From NCBI GenBank assembly GCA_030295235.1, contig AP026152.1:620001-684000 (forward strand): a stretch of 64,000 nucleotides of DNA. Direction: 5' to 3'. The notes below the pieces were generated by a model. The model did not search any database and had not been told where the DNA came from. It worked only from the letters and a program-made list of their open reading frames with translations. Source of the DNA: Fistulifera solaris. Taxonomy: Eukaryota. Within the stretch, counting starts at the first letter, position 1; each line of letters opens with the position of its first letter. Shown here one piece after another: positions 23,578 to 37,584 of the stretch. Both the position numbers and the translations under genes were made by a program.

Positions 23578-24005
23578 CCAATCAGAGTCGATTATTGCTC
23601 TATGACATGCATTAGCGATGTAGGGCAATGTAATGTAGACATTGGTGTCCAAAAAGACGCGAAAAAGGGTGTGCTCGAAAATACACAATCTCCGGGTTTC
23701 CCCTCTGTCGATAAATTTCCCTACGAGAGCTACGTGAAAGTACGTACACATTCCAAGCGTTGCATCATTCGTTCCATCAACGTTTTCTTTCCAAGTCGAA
23801 AACAATTATTGCTTTTTGATACAAACCAAATACGGTGGAAAAAGAAACGTTGGCATCTGGCCACTTGAGAGGCAAGAATTGGTTGATGAGGGAAAACACA
23901 ATATCCGGGTATCCCTGCAGAGATAAATTTCCTACGACGGCTACGTAAATTACGCGTAGGCATCGGAAGCGTTGTAAATTTTTATTGTTTCATGTTTCAC
24001 TGTGT
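23578..24005 (+). repeat. Solo copy of the ~424-bp dimeric repeat, inverted relative to the array at 56.7-57.66 kb
   Basis: The reverse complement matches 56875-57300 along its whole length (e.g. CCGGGTTTCCCCTCTGTCGATAAATTTCCCTACGAG). Confidence 0.93.
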
Positions 24006-24224
24006 CGATCATCGTCGATTGATCGTTGACCCCCCTCTGTCTCCATCGCTCATGACTCATGACTGAAATCCAGTCCTGACATTTTTTTTGCTTGTGCATA
24101 AAATGGCGACCATGATGAAAAGACAAAAAGGCGAGTGAGTGTTTACAAGAAGGAAGGTATAGCGTCAAAAGAAAAAAGACCGAAGCATCATTTAACTGCA
24201 TTCTTACCAAAATTATTTCGAAGA

Positions 24225-26120
24225 ATGCTTGACGTGACACTGATTCGACAGCAATTACTGGAGTTCGCCGGAGTGAGTCCTTCCTCGCATTGGCTGGAAG
24301 ATTGTCGTGCGGCTTTGCAAGTCAGCGGCCAAGAACAAATTACCGACTCGTATTTGCATCAAATTCTTTATCATGATCTCCGAGATGTTGTACGAGAATT
24401 AGATGAACAAGAGAACTACGGTCCTTTGTCGGAAGTCGCCATCGCTTTGCGACAAGCGCAAGCTCAGTCGATGCAAGCGTCACATCAATACAAAGCTTTA
24501 CTTCCTTCTTCTTTCCGTCTTTTAGTACAACTAGAAGAAATCTTGGATGTCAGTGTCAATGCACAAGCGCGTTACGAAAACGGACCCGCATCGAATGCGT
24601 CTCCCACGCCCGTCGGCAATCAACAAAAACGATGTCTTAAAATGGTATACTCGGACGGGTACGATTCGAACGAAATACTGGTGGCCACCGAAACATCACC
24701 GATTCCTTCCCTTTCGGTGCAGTCGAGGGCGGGCTGTAAAGTCATTTTAATGGGACCTATTCAATTGCGGCATGGTATGGCTCTGTGGAATAGTACTACG
24801 ACCTTGGTTCTCGGTGGAGAAGTGGAAGCGCTAGTCCAAATACAAAAGGCTGCTATTGAACAAGCCAAGCGGGTGGCGGGAGTAGGAATTGACCCAACCA
24901 TCAAAGCTCTTATATGGAATAATCAACAGCCTATTGGTGAAGATGGAGAACCACAAGGTACGATAGAATTAACTTTTTGTTGTGAAAGGGTAGATCATCG
25001 ATACGCTCGCTTACAACTTTATCCGTCCCACACTACAGATGAAGCCGAGTTCGAAAGTCGGGATCTGCCTCCTTCTGTACCTCCTACTTTGAATACAGGT
25101 ACCGGAAACGGATCGTCAAGTATGCAAACTATGAATGGAGCCCAACATAGCAATTTATCTCGTCCTGGTTTAGAGACTCTGCCTACATCGCGCGCGTCTT
25201 CCCGTTCGACGAGCCCAGTTCCTTTACCATCCGCACAAATAGGTCGCCCTCTTTCTCATGCTCCACCACAGCAACCTGCATCAAATAATAGTACTGGTCT
25301 TCAAAACTTTACCACCCAGTCAAATCGGTCCACTGGGTCAACACAATCGAGAAATCCCTACGCCAGCAATCACAACAATCGACACGGACATGCTCTTAAA
25401 AGCACCAACACGTCGCCTGTCCCCTCGTCCAACTCCAACAACTACGTGGATCTCGTGGATTTGACCGATTCGGTGGAATCGTCACATGGTACGAATGACC
25501 TTTCTGAGGTTAATACCAATGGTGCTGTGAATACCCCTTTACAAATGACGACCAATGTCACAAGTGAAAGCATACCTTACAATCAACTGCTGGAAATCAT
25601 TCAATTGGCGATCCGCGATCCAGAGGCGTATCGACGAGCGTTTGGAATGACATGGAACGTGGAATTGCAGCAAGTTGGCACCAAGGATTATTTCAACATC
25701 GAAAAACGAAAGAATCGTGCAAAGGGAGATGAGAAGAAGGTACGTGAGCCGCGAGTGCTTGTGAGTCTCTTGGCGTGTCCCTCAACGTTGTGTGGTCAGC
25801 ACGAATACGTGGTTACCGCAAAGTTCAAATGCCCCGGGGACGGTATACCCATTTCTTTCAAGATTGACTCTGCAACAATTGTAGAGCCGTACTTTCAATT
25901 GTCCCCATCGGATATGCGTCAACTCCGAAAAGATGATAAAGAACGAGCCAACACATTGGTCCGAGATGGAGGCAAATTATTGCAAGCCGACATGTATCAA
26001 TTGCGGTTGTATCAAGTGTCATTACTGCTATCACCGGAAGAATTCTTTCAGGATCGAACGGCTCCAGCAACACTCGATGGGCCAACGCCACTATTGCTGT
26101 TGGCCAAGAAGAAAAATTGA
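24225..26120 (+). CDS. RMI1: RMI1-like OB-fold protein; probable in-frame introns 24958-25038 and 25740-25799
   Basis: HWLEDC, QILYHDLR, LLVQLEEILDVS, KRCLKMVYSDG and ATETSPIPSL..GCKVILMGPIQLRHGMALWN..LGGEVEAL match the RMI1 N-terminal OB pattern. Confidence 0.8.
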   Translation: MLDVTLIRQQLLEFAGVSPSSHWLEDCRAALQVSGQEQITDSYLHQILYHDLRDVVRELDEQENYGPLSEVAIALRQAQAQSMQASHQYKALLPSSFRLLVQLEEILDVSVNAQARYENGPASNASPTPVGNQQKRCLKMVYSDGYDSNEILVATETSPIPSLSVQSRAGCKVILMGPIQLRHGMALWNSTTTLVLGGEVEALVQIQKAAIEQAKRVAGVGIDPTIKALIWNNQQPIGEDGEPQGTIELTFCCERVDHRYARLQLYPSHTTDEAEFESRDLPPSVPPTLNTGTGNGSSSMQTMNGAQHSNLSRPGLETLPTSRASSRSTSPVPLPSAQIGRPLSHAPPQQPASNNSTGLQNFTTQSNRSTGSTQSRNPYASNHNNRHGHALKSTNTSPVPSSNSNNYVDLVDLTDSVESSHGTNDLSEVNTNGAVNTPLQMTTNVTSESIPYNQLLEIIQLAIRDPEAYRRAFGMTWNVELQQVGTKDYFNIEKRKNRAKGDEKKVREPRVLVSLLACPSTLCGQHEYVVTAKFKCPGDGIPISFKIDSATIVEPYFQLSPSDMRQLRKDDKERANTLVRDGGKLLQADMYQLRLYQVSLLLSPEEFFQDRTAPATLDGPTPLLLLAKKKN

Positions 26121-26957
26121 ACTGGCATCACTTTTGGCTATCCGAGGCTACCCCCATCGATTACACGCTTCGGAATTCGCTGTCGAAATCAATATACGGA
26201 TCGTTTCATACGTCACACATTAGGCAGCAGCATGTATTTTTAATAGCTCTTAATGAAAGACAGGCTTCCGTCGATCACATTCTCACTTTCATTTCCTTGT
26301 CTGCTTCATTGCTTTCGAAAAGTCGTCGATCGAATTCGTTGCCACCACCCGAGCATGAGCTGGATCGTTCGTTCATTTCTTGAGCTCGCATGACAATCTC
26401 TTTTGTGTTGTAACATTTTACGATGATGTTGTGAGGCTCGTTATGTTGTATGTTGTTGTGTCCGTCATAAATAATAGACTACAAAAATGTTGGGAGGTCT
26501 TGACTTCAAGTCACTGGTTGACGGCACTGCTGTTTCGGTTTCGGTCACGGGATGATGGTCATTGTGGGTCATTTTGGTCACTTTTGATACGGTAAAATGA
26601 AAGGTGCGCGACACAGACATGGCAAAATTCAACCTGCCCAGTACTGCGAGGTTTTGTCTTTAACCAAAGTCACACGAACGAGAAGCCCGATCGTCTCTAC
26701 AATACACAGTCCTGGCATCCGGTCCCGCTCACGTATCGAGCGTACAGTTTATTGTATAGTAGGATTTACAGCGGCACTCGTTCTCCAGGACTTCTTGCTT
26801 CTTGCTCATCAGCCCACACGCAACATGACATGGTCGACCGCTGCATCGTCCTCCTCCTCCTCCGAAGAATGGAAGCATTCTATATTGCAAGGACTAATAC
26901 AAATCTCCAGCGTTAACACAAGAGAAACACACTCAAGTAAATGCTCTCTGTAAGAAT

Positions 26958-29900
26958 ATGAATACACTATCACCAGGTTCGGCGAGCGAAACTGCGACGA
27001 ACAATGTCGGAAAAGATGTCACGTCGTCCTCCAACACACCGACGACGTCGCAACGACGGCGGACCGTTTCGTTTACTTCCGGAAAAATTGACTGGCACAA
27101 AGACATTTCGTATGCTGTTAAATCCGGTCGGTTCGAAACCGTCCGAGGGCATTTGAGTTTACAGTTGTCGGTTTCTTCGAATACGTCCGAACGACACGAC
27201 GAGAGGAGTCATCACAAACATGCATCCAAGGGAGGTTTTTGGAGTCGCTTGTCCGGATTGAGTTTCATTGACAGCTCCAAAGATAGTACCGGATTATTGA
27301 CGCTCGACGAGGATGGGAGAACTCCACTGCATGTCGCATTAACCAGTCGGAAGACGCCTCCCGACATAATATTGTCCATGATTCGCGTCGAACCAAAAGC
27401 CGTGGCGGTGGCCAATGGACGCGGACGATTTCCACTACACTTTGCCGTAGTTCATAAACAACACATTCAAGTGATTGCCGAACTGATTGATACCTTCCCG
27501 GCAGCTTTGTCGGCGCAGGATACCAAAGACATGTCACCCTTGGCGTACGCGCTCGATGGGGCCCGTCGGGAAACGAATTTAAGTGAAGCTCCTTCGACCT
27601 TTTGGATGCCGGCAACCGATGATTCCGCGGAAGCGCAATGGCAAGAAGAACAAGGAGAACGGTGGGGAATTGTGCACTGGTTGCTGTTGTCGTCGGCGAC
27701 CTATCCGCAAACCAGTTTGTCGGTGGGGGTAAAAAACCAATGTTGGTCGATGCACTGATTTATGCGGCTCCACCGGCGGTCATATCTTTGCTGATCGGAG
27801 CTTCCGTCGTGCTCTTGTCACATGCCAATCGCGCTACGGCATTTGCCGGATCGACCTTGTATTCCTGTATTGCCCGACATTATCCACTGACGATTTTGAT
27901 GAGTCTGGTGTCTCAGTGCCCGAAAGATGTACACAAAGTCCGAGATGAGACCGGGATGGGCTTGATCTCATCACAATTCATTTCGGGCTGCTTCAAACAA
28001 AATAGGAAAACGCACGAATGGAGTGTTTCGGGGGCGCTGTACTCGACACTGCTCGAGGCGATCGACGACGAGTTTTTGCGTGAGGATGATCCGGCGTTTT
28101 TGGATTGGTGGAAAAAGATTGAATATCTGATAGCGTTCAGCACGGGTGCCAATCATCCCGAAAAATTTCCCAAAAATCAATTACTGCATGCCGCGTTGAA
28201 GAATATCGACACGCCTCCATTGGTGGTTCGAATGTTATTGGCTTTGTATCCGCAATCTATACAATTAGTCGACCAAGAAACACTGGCACATCCACTCTAC
28301 ATTGCGGCTTCGAGGCCGGAGTACATTCCCCGCAAGTACGAAGTCGAAATGTGCGGCAGAGAAAGCATTCTGGAAATCGTCCTGTCTCACGAAAAACGTC
28401 TGATCAACAAGCGGCATGAACTTCGATTACCCATTCACGCGGCAATCAGTTCGGGAAGAGTGTATTCCGACTACAGATGCTTAGTTACATCGCATCCGGA
28501 ATTTCTTTTACAACGTGATCCGGAAACGGGTCTTTATCCGTTCCTCCAGGCCGCTGCCGTGCGTCAAAAGTTGGGGCATTTTCGATTGGCGTGTGTCGCT
28601 CGAAACAAATATTCCTATGCGGAATGGACGAATATGTCGGATTTGGAAAAGGCCAATGCGATTCAACAAGTGACGGAAGAAGAGGAACGGGCTTTATTTG
28701 AAAGTATTTACCAATTGCTACGGTTAGAGCCGTCGGTTGTAGAACGACTGCATATATCGCGACGACGCCCTCCAATAGAAGGTCCAAATTTGCAGGGTAC
28801 GGATATGGTATCATCCCACTTCATTTCCTGGTTGTATGAAGAGAATGAAATGGGAGAATGGGTTACAAACGAAACAAACAGTCAATTTCTTCAAAAGATT
28901 ATTAACGGTACCGTGTCTATTGCTGAACTTTCCGCTCCTTGGGAGACTTGGTGGACGATAATGAAGGATTGTATCCGACAGTGTTGTCCAAATAAGCTTC
29001 CAAATGATAATCGAAAGCTTACCATTCCGGATGACGACGAGCAATACTTACTACACGCCGCTCTTCTGAACTGCGACACACCACCTCCGGTTGTGTCGAT
29101 ATTGTTAACATTTTATCCACTGGCGGCATCGATGTGTTTACCCGGAACTTCGTTGCTACCATTACACATCGCCGCATCGACTACTGAATACGCTTCACGA
29201 AATTTTGAAATCCGTGGACCACAATCACTGGAACTTGTCAATACTGCGCATCCCGATGCAGCATCCAAAAAGGTAGAGGGTTTCCTTCCCCTTCATATAG
29301 CCATTCGCAGCGGAAAAAACTGGAGTAGCTTTCGTGAGCTGGTGAAGGCTTACCCTGAAAGTTTGAATGAAAAGGATCCTATCACAAATATGTATCCTTT
29401 TCAACTCGTCGCGATGGACCGTGATCTAACACCAGATCTTAGATGCTACTTTCAATGCGCGGCTCGAAATAAGTATGCCGAATCCACATGGAAAGCGCTG
29501 ACACCTTTTCATCAATCTAAGCAAATCCGACAGCTACAGAAGAAATACAAGAAAGCCGCTTTGGATACAATTTTTGAAATCCTTCGGAAAAGCGCTTCGA
29601 TCGTGGGAGATTTGATGAATAGTGCTGATGAGAAAGGCGGAAGGGCTTTCGAGCTCGAGGGCAACCGAAAATTCCGGCGTTTGCCCAATCTCACGCCGCA
29701 CTAGCCGTCCTCGAAAGTGGCTACGACGACAAAGGCGGCTGGGATACCTCCGAAAATGAAACATTTGCGGATGGAACTGAGTTTTCGTACGATGGGGATG
29801 GAAGTGTGACCACGGCAACACAATCTGTGGATGACACTTCGTCCATCTTACAACGTAGAACACGGTCGTTGATGAAGCACCTCACACGTAGCAAATCACA

Positions 29901-31980
29901 TCAGGGGAAGGCAGATGTATTTGAATGCGATACGTCAGTTCTATCGAATGTCGATGTCTTATCAGTCATGTCTAGCTCCCTGCATACTGGGCGAGGGGAA
30001 CATGGCCAGAGAACTGCAAGTCAGAGGCGATTGATGGGTCTAGATTCCGGCATGAGCGCTGTAGAATGCCACGAAGGATCACAATCGGAGTCAGACTTCG
30101 GGGGCAGCGATCATTCAGATGTATCGTACGCGGGAAGCGAGGAATCGTCAAGTACAGCTGAGTTTGCGGAGGAATCTTTGTCGGATATCAGAGTCTCTGA
30201 TATGGGCGGGTTGAAAGATGGTAGTGGGGATGATGGATACCCTTCTTCGCACAGCCGAAATAAAGTAGATTCATCACCAGACGATGTTATGAACGAAGAC
30301 GAGGATGAAGATTTGATTGTGACGTTTGTCGTAAGACGGCAGCCGCGATTTAAAACAAGGAATGATCGCGACGTCAAGCTTTCGGTGAAACTTAGTAAAA
30401 AGACAACCAAGTCGGAACTTAGTTTTTCGGCTCATGGAAAGCCTACCATTGGTGCTGATGCGCAAAGATTATTACAATCTTCTTCTTCGCACTCGGTGAG
30501 TAGCTACCGCTCCATGGATCCGGAAGCAAAAAATAAGTTGCAGGAGAAGAAAGAGCAGTTATGGACTTCGAATCAGCTTACGCAGTATAATAATCCACTG
30601 GGAGCCATGAACCAGTCTATATCCGAATCGAGCGGTGTAACATTCCAGGACCCGACAGAAGGCAGTCTGGAGGAAGATATAGTTGGAACGAAGCAACTCT
30701 TACTTGGGGCTTTGGATGATTCCGAAGAAGCTGGTCTTCCTATTGGGACTCCTCCGTCGAACAAAAAGAAATCTAATAGGGGAGGACTGTCCAGAATTAC
30801 CAGCGAAGACAGGCAGCAAAAACTGCCTGGTATCGCAGCTTATCTGTCATCATCGAAGTCACAGCTGACAAAGGGGAGAGAAGATACATCTGTGTTTTCC
30901 AACACCCCTTCCACATTGTCTTTTCTGGCAGATGGTTCACAATTTGCTGAAGCTAGCACTGATCGATCGAGTGTTATGGCGACGGATATTGATAACACGT
31001 CGTTTTCTAACTCATTCAACGACCTCAATGCATCAGATCCTTGTCGTGTTAACCCCGACGGCAGTTTCTCTAGCGGCACAAAGGCTCTGGAAGTCAGCGC
31101 AACGTTCTCCATACCAGAGGATAACGAAGAAGCCATTTTAGAACATGATAAAGGCGTGTCGTCTTCGTCTCAAACCTCAACAGAAGGTCCAACTGCACCG
31201 CATGATCTTAGCATCACATGGACGCGCAACGCGGCAGCTGTAGCAGTTGCAAGAAAAACGGTTGTTAACTCACAAGAGCCGAAACTAGAAGCCGATCTTG
31301 TCATGGACGATATAGTCCAAGGATCCGAATTGGCGAAAAAGCAGTCTAATTCCGGAGATGGGGAGATAGTTAGCGAAGTAGACCAAATCAATCTTTCTTT
31401 TGATGAGAAAGCTTCGAAACGAGTAATTCGCGAAGACGCCGAAACACATAATGCAGTTATCGCCAACTCGACTGTCCAGAACATTAGCGCCTCCCCTTCG
31501 GTTAAAACGGGCGATGTTCAACAAAACCAAATGTATTTCGACAAGAAGGCAATGCGATGGAGGGTACGTTCCGACGTCATTGAAGGGATTCAGTCTCCGC
31601 CTACGGTCGATGTTGTGAAGCCGAGTCAAACATCGAAGCAGTCGCACCCAACAAAGCCAAGCAAGTCGCCTCGCGTTGGTATGCCATTTGTCGATGTTAT
31701 GACTAGAGATGAAATCAAACGCCGCAACGCAAGAATCCGTGGCATCCAGAAAACTAAGACACCAAGCAATCGTGAGTTGCGTAGTCAATGGCGACACATG
31801 TTCGATGTCGCGGAAAAGAAACTGGGCTGTCTCCTTTGCGACAATAATAGCAGGGAGGTTCTAATGGTACCTTGCAGGCACCTCGCTATTTGCAGAAAAT
31901 GCTCTTCCAGAAATAAGCACATTTCGTCCTGCCCACTATGCAATAAGCCCTCCACCGACAGAATGATACTCTTCCAATGA
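26958..31980 (+). CDS. Large ankyrin-like repeat protein with C-terminal RING finger, probably one gene (breaks at ~27730 and ~29630-29700)
   Basis: Ankyrin motifs DEDGRTPLHVAL, GRFPLHFAV, LPLHIAA and LPLHIAI. The frame of ORF 29806..31980 stays open back to ~29635 and overlaps the previous ORF. C-terminal RING CLLC..VPCRHLAICRKC..CPLC. Confidence 0.72.
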
Positions 31981-32184
31981 CTTTAAAAAACCACAAGCTC
32001 ATTGTGGTGCTCACAAAAAGTTGCGAAGAGTCATCTTTAACCATGCTAGATCCATTCATAGAATAGAACTCATAGATAGCTGTTTAATGAGTTACCGTGT
32101 CTACCCCCTCATTACTAATGCAACAAACTACTTATGACGTTACGATCTGCGCAGTATCATGCTGGTTTAGTTGAGAAACGGCCG

Positions 32185-34658
32185 TTATGTATTCTCACGA
32201 ACAAGTCCTAGCAGTTGCTGCGCTTCCTCTACCAGAGCATCACTGAAAGTGGACGACGTGGCACACATTTCTAAGCACTCTATTTGCTTTTCCCCGGAGA
32301 GCTTCTTTTTGTATTTTTCGGATTCGGTGACCATAGCAACTAAAATGTCGATGCAAGTCGAAGCAATAACTTCTGACCACTGATAATTTCTCATAGTTTC
32401 TACAAGGTCATCCACAATTTCCGGCTGGCCAGTTCGCGCTTCTACCAAAGATGGACCGACTCGCATACTTGCTCCTCCAAGGACTGATCTTCAGCCGAAC
32501 ATATTTGAATGCGCTCGATTAAGAGCATGGCATCGGTCCTGGCCCCGGCAAACTCTTGTGCTTTCATGAGAAGGTCCAGCATTGACTCGCTCTTGGATAT
32601 CATTCGAAGATTGGATTGTTCGAAAGACAAATTTTTCAGGGCAAAGCAAGCACTAGCCTGAACTGTCGCATCTTGTTGATGTTCTCTCATCGCCGCTTCA
32701 ATCACCATAGTAGCACTTCTGTCCACCGGAGAAACATTCTGATTATCGACGTCCACTGCCAGATTGGATAATAAGGAACAGCCATCCGTTTGAATAGATA
32801 CCGACATCATGTTACAGTGCATCACTTCCACCACTGTTTCGGAGATGCGGAGTTCGTCCATTCGTTCGGCACCTTCTCTGTCGCAAGAGAGCGCCCGCAA
32901 AGCCTTGATCGCAAACGCCACCATTTTCTCTTCGGCCAGATATCGATGCAGAGCGCTATCAATCAAGGTGCATGCTCCTTCTTGCAGCAGCATGGCTCGA
33001 GTACTTTGCCGCAATGCCAAGTTGGCCAAAGCCTCCAAACTCTTTTCTTGCACGCATAACGAATTGGGAAAATTATTCATCGCCGCCATGATACTTTTGT
33101 GACCATTCGCCGTAAAGAGTTGCGTGCAGTCCACCGAAGTGTCGGCCGACAGTTCGGCAATGCGACCAATGCAAAGACACTGAATATCTTGTACCTTGAC
33201 ATGCGAGTCCATTGAATCGACCAAGACGTCAATGATCAGGTCGGGATCTTGTACATCTTTCATATCCGCCAACAAATTCTCCACATTACCCAGAAAGGTA
33301 TTGTCCGAAGAGGGCGAAGTGGACTGTCGAATGTTCTCTTCGTCACTTTCAAAGCTCCCCATGGAACCGGTCGAGTTGGTGCGAGCCGATAAATGCCGCG
33401 AGACTTCCGGACGCTTCACAAAGGATGGATTGCGCGTCGCCCGGCGTCTCGTTGACACCATGGCCGGATCTCGAATGTGTATGTGACTTTCTTCCGAAGT
33501 CGAAGGCAATTCCGTCAATTCGGAAGAAAAACTATCTTCGAGCGACTTTCGAGTCGGAAAGCGTCGACCGCGGACGGGTCTTCGGTAGCCGTCATCGGAA
33601 CCATCGGTCGAATCTGTGCGATTCAACGACAAATTTCTACCGTTCGTGTGGTGATACGAGACGTCTTCGTCCAGAGAAGCAACCGAATCGACCTTAAACG
33701 AAGGATGCCCCGAGAAAGAGTCGACGGAATCGACGCTACGGAAACTCGAGTGACCGTCGACTTGAAAGCTCCGCTGACTCGATTGTCGAGCGCCCAAGCT
33801 GTTTTGACTACTCGAGTGTCGATCTTTGAACGAATCTTGTTGAAAAGATTGACAGGAACCCAAGGAACCGATGCTGCGAAAACTCAATTCTCGATCGGTG
33901 AGTCGACCGGGCCGACCAAAGTTCCGCAGACTGGATTGTCGTTCCATATCGCGGTTGCTTCCTTCACCACCATCTTGACTCGTCAAGCTGGTCGACCGAC
34001 CTTGTACGGGCGGTCGAACGATTTGTCGCGGAATACCGCTGTGCGGACTCCGCAATGGACCCGTGGAGTCCCTGCTGCGCGGCATGACTTTCGAAGCCGA
34101 ATGAAACGAATCTTGTCGTGCTTCGGCCGTCCGTGGAGCTATACGCGACTCACTGACAGCACGATCGACGGTTCGACCCGCCGCGGGGGGAGCCTGTACG
34201 GTAATAAAGTTTTTCGACGCCAAGGAAGCCGCGGAAGTCGTGGAAGCAAACGACCGCGTCGAAGTATCCGATTTTCCCGACCAATTCGATACTTCCGATT
34301 TCCCCGAACGACCCGAATGATCCGAATCTTTCTGCAAGGCATCTTTCCGCGTGAGTTCCCGCTTACTGTGATCTCGATTGAGTGCAGGATTGCATTTGAC
34401 ACACCACCCGTTGAGACTTTGACCTTCAATCGTTTGCGGTTTCTTTTGAATCCACAACGGATTTAATCGCGATTTCTTGATTTCGAATAACTTCGACGGA
34501 GTCCCCGGACATGTCAAGCAATAACCTTCTTTCTCTCGTATCGCGCGTTTCTTCTCTTTCGAAATAATTCTCCCCGTTTTGTCGAGTGAACTGGCTTGAT
34601 AGGAAAGCTCGTAGGGATCGTGTCCCGAACCGGATATTATGACATCGGCGTGGCTCAT
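32185..34658 (-). CDS. ARM-repeat protein with N-terminal CxxC-CxxC motif, paralogue A; frameshift ~32452
   Basis: 738-aa ORF plus a 3' continuation. Repeats of the type AMNNFPNSLCVQEKSLEALANL, IQTDGCSLLSNL and VQASACFALKNL. Confidence 0.8.
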
Positions 34659-35353
34659 TGCTGTTGTTTCTCTATCTTGTGATTGGTTAGGAAATCAAAT
34701 CAGTTGATTATTGTTGATTATGTTAGATAAAACAACACCTGGTAGGGACGAGGGAGTAAAAAAAATAATAAACGATCGAGGTCCATAAAATAATGCAACT
34801 GTGGAGTGAGCGACGAGAAATCGCGAAAACGACGAGCAAGGGGGGCAAGTGGGGATTTTTTAGTTTGCCCAGAGTCTTTGAGGGAATGATGGTGTACACT
34901 GTATTATAGACTAAATAAATTTAGCTTTCGACTATAGAACATAGAGTTAGTTTATGGTCATTGGCCATTGGTCATCTGCCGGACTCCGTCAAGGGTACAG
35001 TATTTGGATACAGTCCCGTGACAGACAGTAGTCAGTGATTAGTGACACATTATAGTGCAAAAAGACATAGAGCATCAGATTTAGAGAGAAGGACATTGTA
35101 CGTTAGGCGGGCTCGAATATCTACGACGTCTCATGTTGCCCTCACCTTGGCCCTCACAAAATAAAAAAGAAGGCCTTACAATCCAAAGGACTAGAGCCAG
35201 AGACAATGGTCGGAAAGCTTTACAAAATGAATATCTCAAATGGTTCGACATTAATTAATTGATATGCTTTTCGTCGCGCCAGAGCAGGACCTGGTATGCA
35301 CGATCTTCCACAAACTGCTAGAGATTCCTTGTAACCGACCTACAATAACCGCA

Positions 35354-37425
35354 TCAATCGCGACTCAAATCGGATCCTTTACGAGATCGTGGACGTGATT
35401 CCCTTTTCCGTGATGATCTTCGGTCGCGAGAGTCTACCGAATAGCTTCCTGAGGAAGAAGAGGAGGAGCTATACTGTCGCCTCTTCTTTCTTCGAGAATA
35501 CGAAGACCGACTGGACGACGATGAAGAGCTGTAGGAGCTTCTGCTGGAACGAGAACTCCTTGATGACCCCGATGATGACGACGAGGAGGAAGACGAGGAA
35601 GAAGATGACGAGGAGCTGCTAGAACTTAATGACGACGATGTTGAGGTCGATGAATCATCATCCTTCTTTGATTGTTGCAGTTGGCTTGCTTGTGCCATAA
35701 TGATTTTAGGCGCATTCTTCAGAAAGTCACGCAAATCATCGGTAAGGGGGCCTAGCCCAATCGAAGTAAAGAAATTGATTGCGTAACGTGTATTTCGAAC
35801 ATTGTCTTTTGGGAACATACCCGAATACCAGCTTTGTTGTTCAGGATCCTGACTTTCAAATCGTTGCTTCAATTTTGCGATACCCAACGCTTCGGCAATT
35901 TCTTGAATGAGAATTTTGATGAAAATGCGACTGGATGACGTCGTTTCCTCTTCGTTGATGCGTATCGTTGACAAGACACTCCACGGCATGGAATCCGAGT
36001 GAAGTAAGTGCGCAAAGAGCTTGGCGACATTTCGCAATTTATTCGTTTCCAGTCGATGAATCGTGTTGTATTGGGAAACGAATGCTGCAATAAATGCGTC
36101 TCTCCAGCGATCGTCCATGAGACAAAACCTAGCGGAGATCAGACCGTAATAACGTAGAAATGTCCGTTCCTGAGAACAACACTCAATCAACATGTTTACT
36201 AACTCTTCCTCACGACCCGGAGGAATATTGATTCTCGCCAGCTTGTGAGCGCATTCCTCAAAAGTGGCACTCGACATGATGGTCAGGTAAATGGTACGGC
36301 GTAAATGAACAAGATCCGCTTCCGACAGGTCGTGCACGACCAATTGATTTGCCGCTGGTGCTGCTTCTTCTCTCCCTTTATCGTCATCACCATCTTCGGA
36401 TTCATCGTCGTTACTTTCGTCGTTTTCACTATCATCCGTTTCGCTCTCGCCGTCATCGTCACTGTTAAGGCCTAGAATTTCCGCTTTAATTTTGCTCCAC
36501 ACTTTCTCATTCTCCAAGTATTGCGGATCCAAGTCAAAGATATCCAGATGATCGTCGCGCTTGATATCAGGATCATCCAAATCAATTTCGAACGTAATTT
36601 GATCACTCTCTTCGACGAGATCCAGGTCATCAGGAATGGGATTCTCTAAATCACGGAAACCATTCTTCCGCATGGCCAACAAGTGTTCCATTTTGACCTC
36701 AACGCGTTTGCTGAGACTGCCTTCGTGAAGGAGTGCTCTCAACCTTTCCAAAACCGCCCGCACACCCGCCGGAGACACTTCCAGCAGCGTACGGCCGGTC
36801 GTTGTCAATAACTGAATTGCCACTTCGACCGAATCATCGGTCGGATCTCCGTCCAGCAAGACGGATAGAATCTGCAACAGAACCAATTCGTGTACTACTG
36901 ATTGATGGAATAGATGACCGAGGAAAACAGCAACCGCGGAACAATTTGCCTTTTCGCGTCGGCGAAAATGTCTCCGAAAAGCCAGAATCGTGCGATGCAC
37001 CACCAACTCCCCCACTTCCGGCAACTTGCTGTTGATGACCGCCAAAAAGGAAGCATATACGGGAGCATAAACAGGAGCACTCACCGCTGCCAACAGCAAC
37101 GACTTGGCCAGAACTCCACGGAGACGAATCAAATTGACCTTTTCCATAATCTCATGAATGAGAGGTTTCAACGTGGTGGCATTCAATCGATTGATGGTTC
37201 CGTGAATTACACGCGTTTGTTCTTCCCACGTACTCCTCTGAATATGTAGACTATCCGGTGCTTTTGCCGCATCTTTCAAGGCTTGCTGGCGCTCGAATTC
37301 CAATTGACGGCGTTTGGCGGGTGGAAGGTACACGCCGTCTCGGCGGCCGCCATCCAGCTGCGCTTGTGGCGATCCATTTGTTCCTCAGGTCTCTCGTTGG
37401 CCGTTTCTATCGGGCTTCCGGCCAT
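35354..37425 (-). CDS. CWC22: Pre-mRNA splicing factor CWC22; frameshift ~37380
   Basis: GVYLPPAK, MIF4G PTDDSVEVA, MA3 LRRTIYLTIMSS..ECAHKL, ETTSSSRIFIKILIQE and RYAINFFTSIGLGPLT; Ser/Arg-rich tail. Confidence 0.95.
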
Positions 37426-37584
37426 TATTTTGAGGATGAATGCTTTGCTTTCAATAGATACGTTTATAATTTGAGACGGTTTCGTTTGCCAGAGACAACA
37501 AATTATTAAGACGGAATGAAAAATTGCGGAGCAATGAAAACAACAAAAAAGGGCAAAGAGGTCGTCGGATGGTATGCCAGACTG

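Noticed and set aside
27120..27146. GGTTCGAAACC T-loop-like sequence as a tRNA
   Set aside because: It lies in a coding frame, and no D-arm, anticodon arm or acceptor stem can be built.
33477..34466. 329-aa plus-strand ORF
   Set aside because: Antisense shadow of the Ser/Arg-rich region of the ARM gene, with no recognisable motifs.
35455..35660. Trinucleotide-like GAN repeat tract
   Set aside because: It encodes the ordinary Ser/Arg-rich tail of CWC22.
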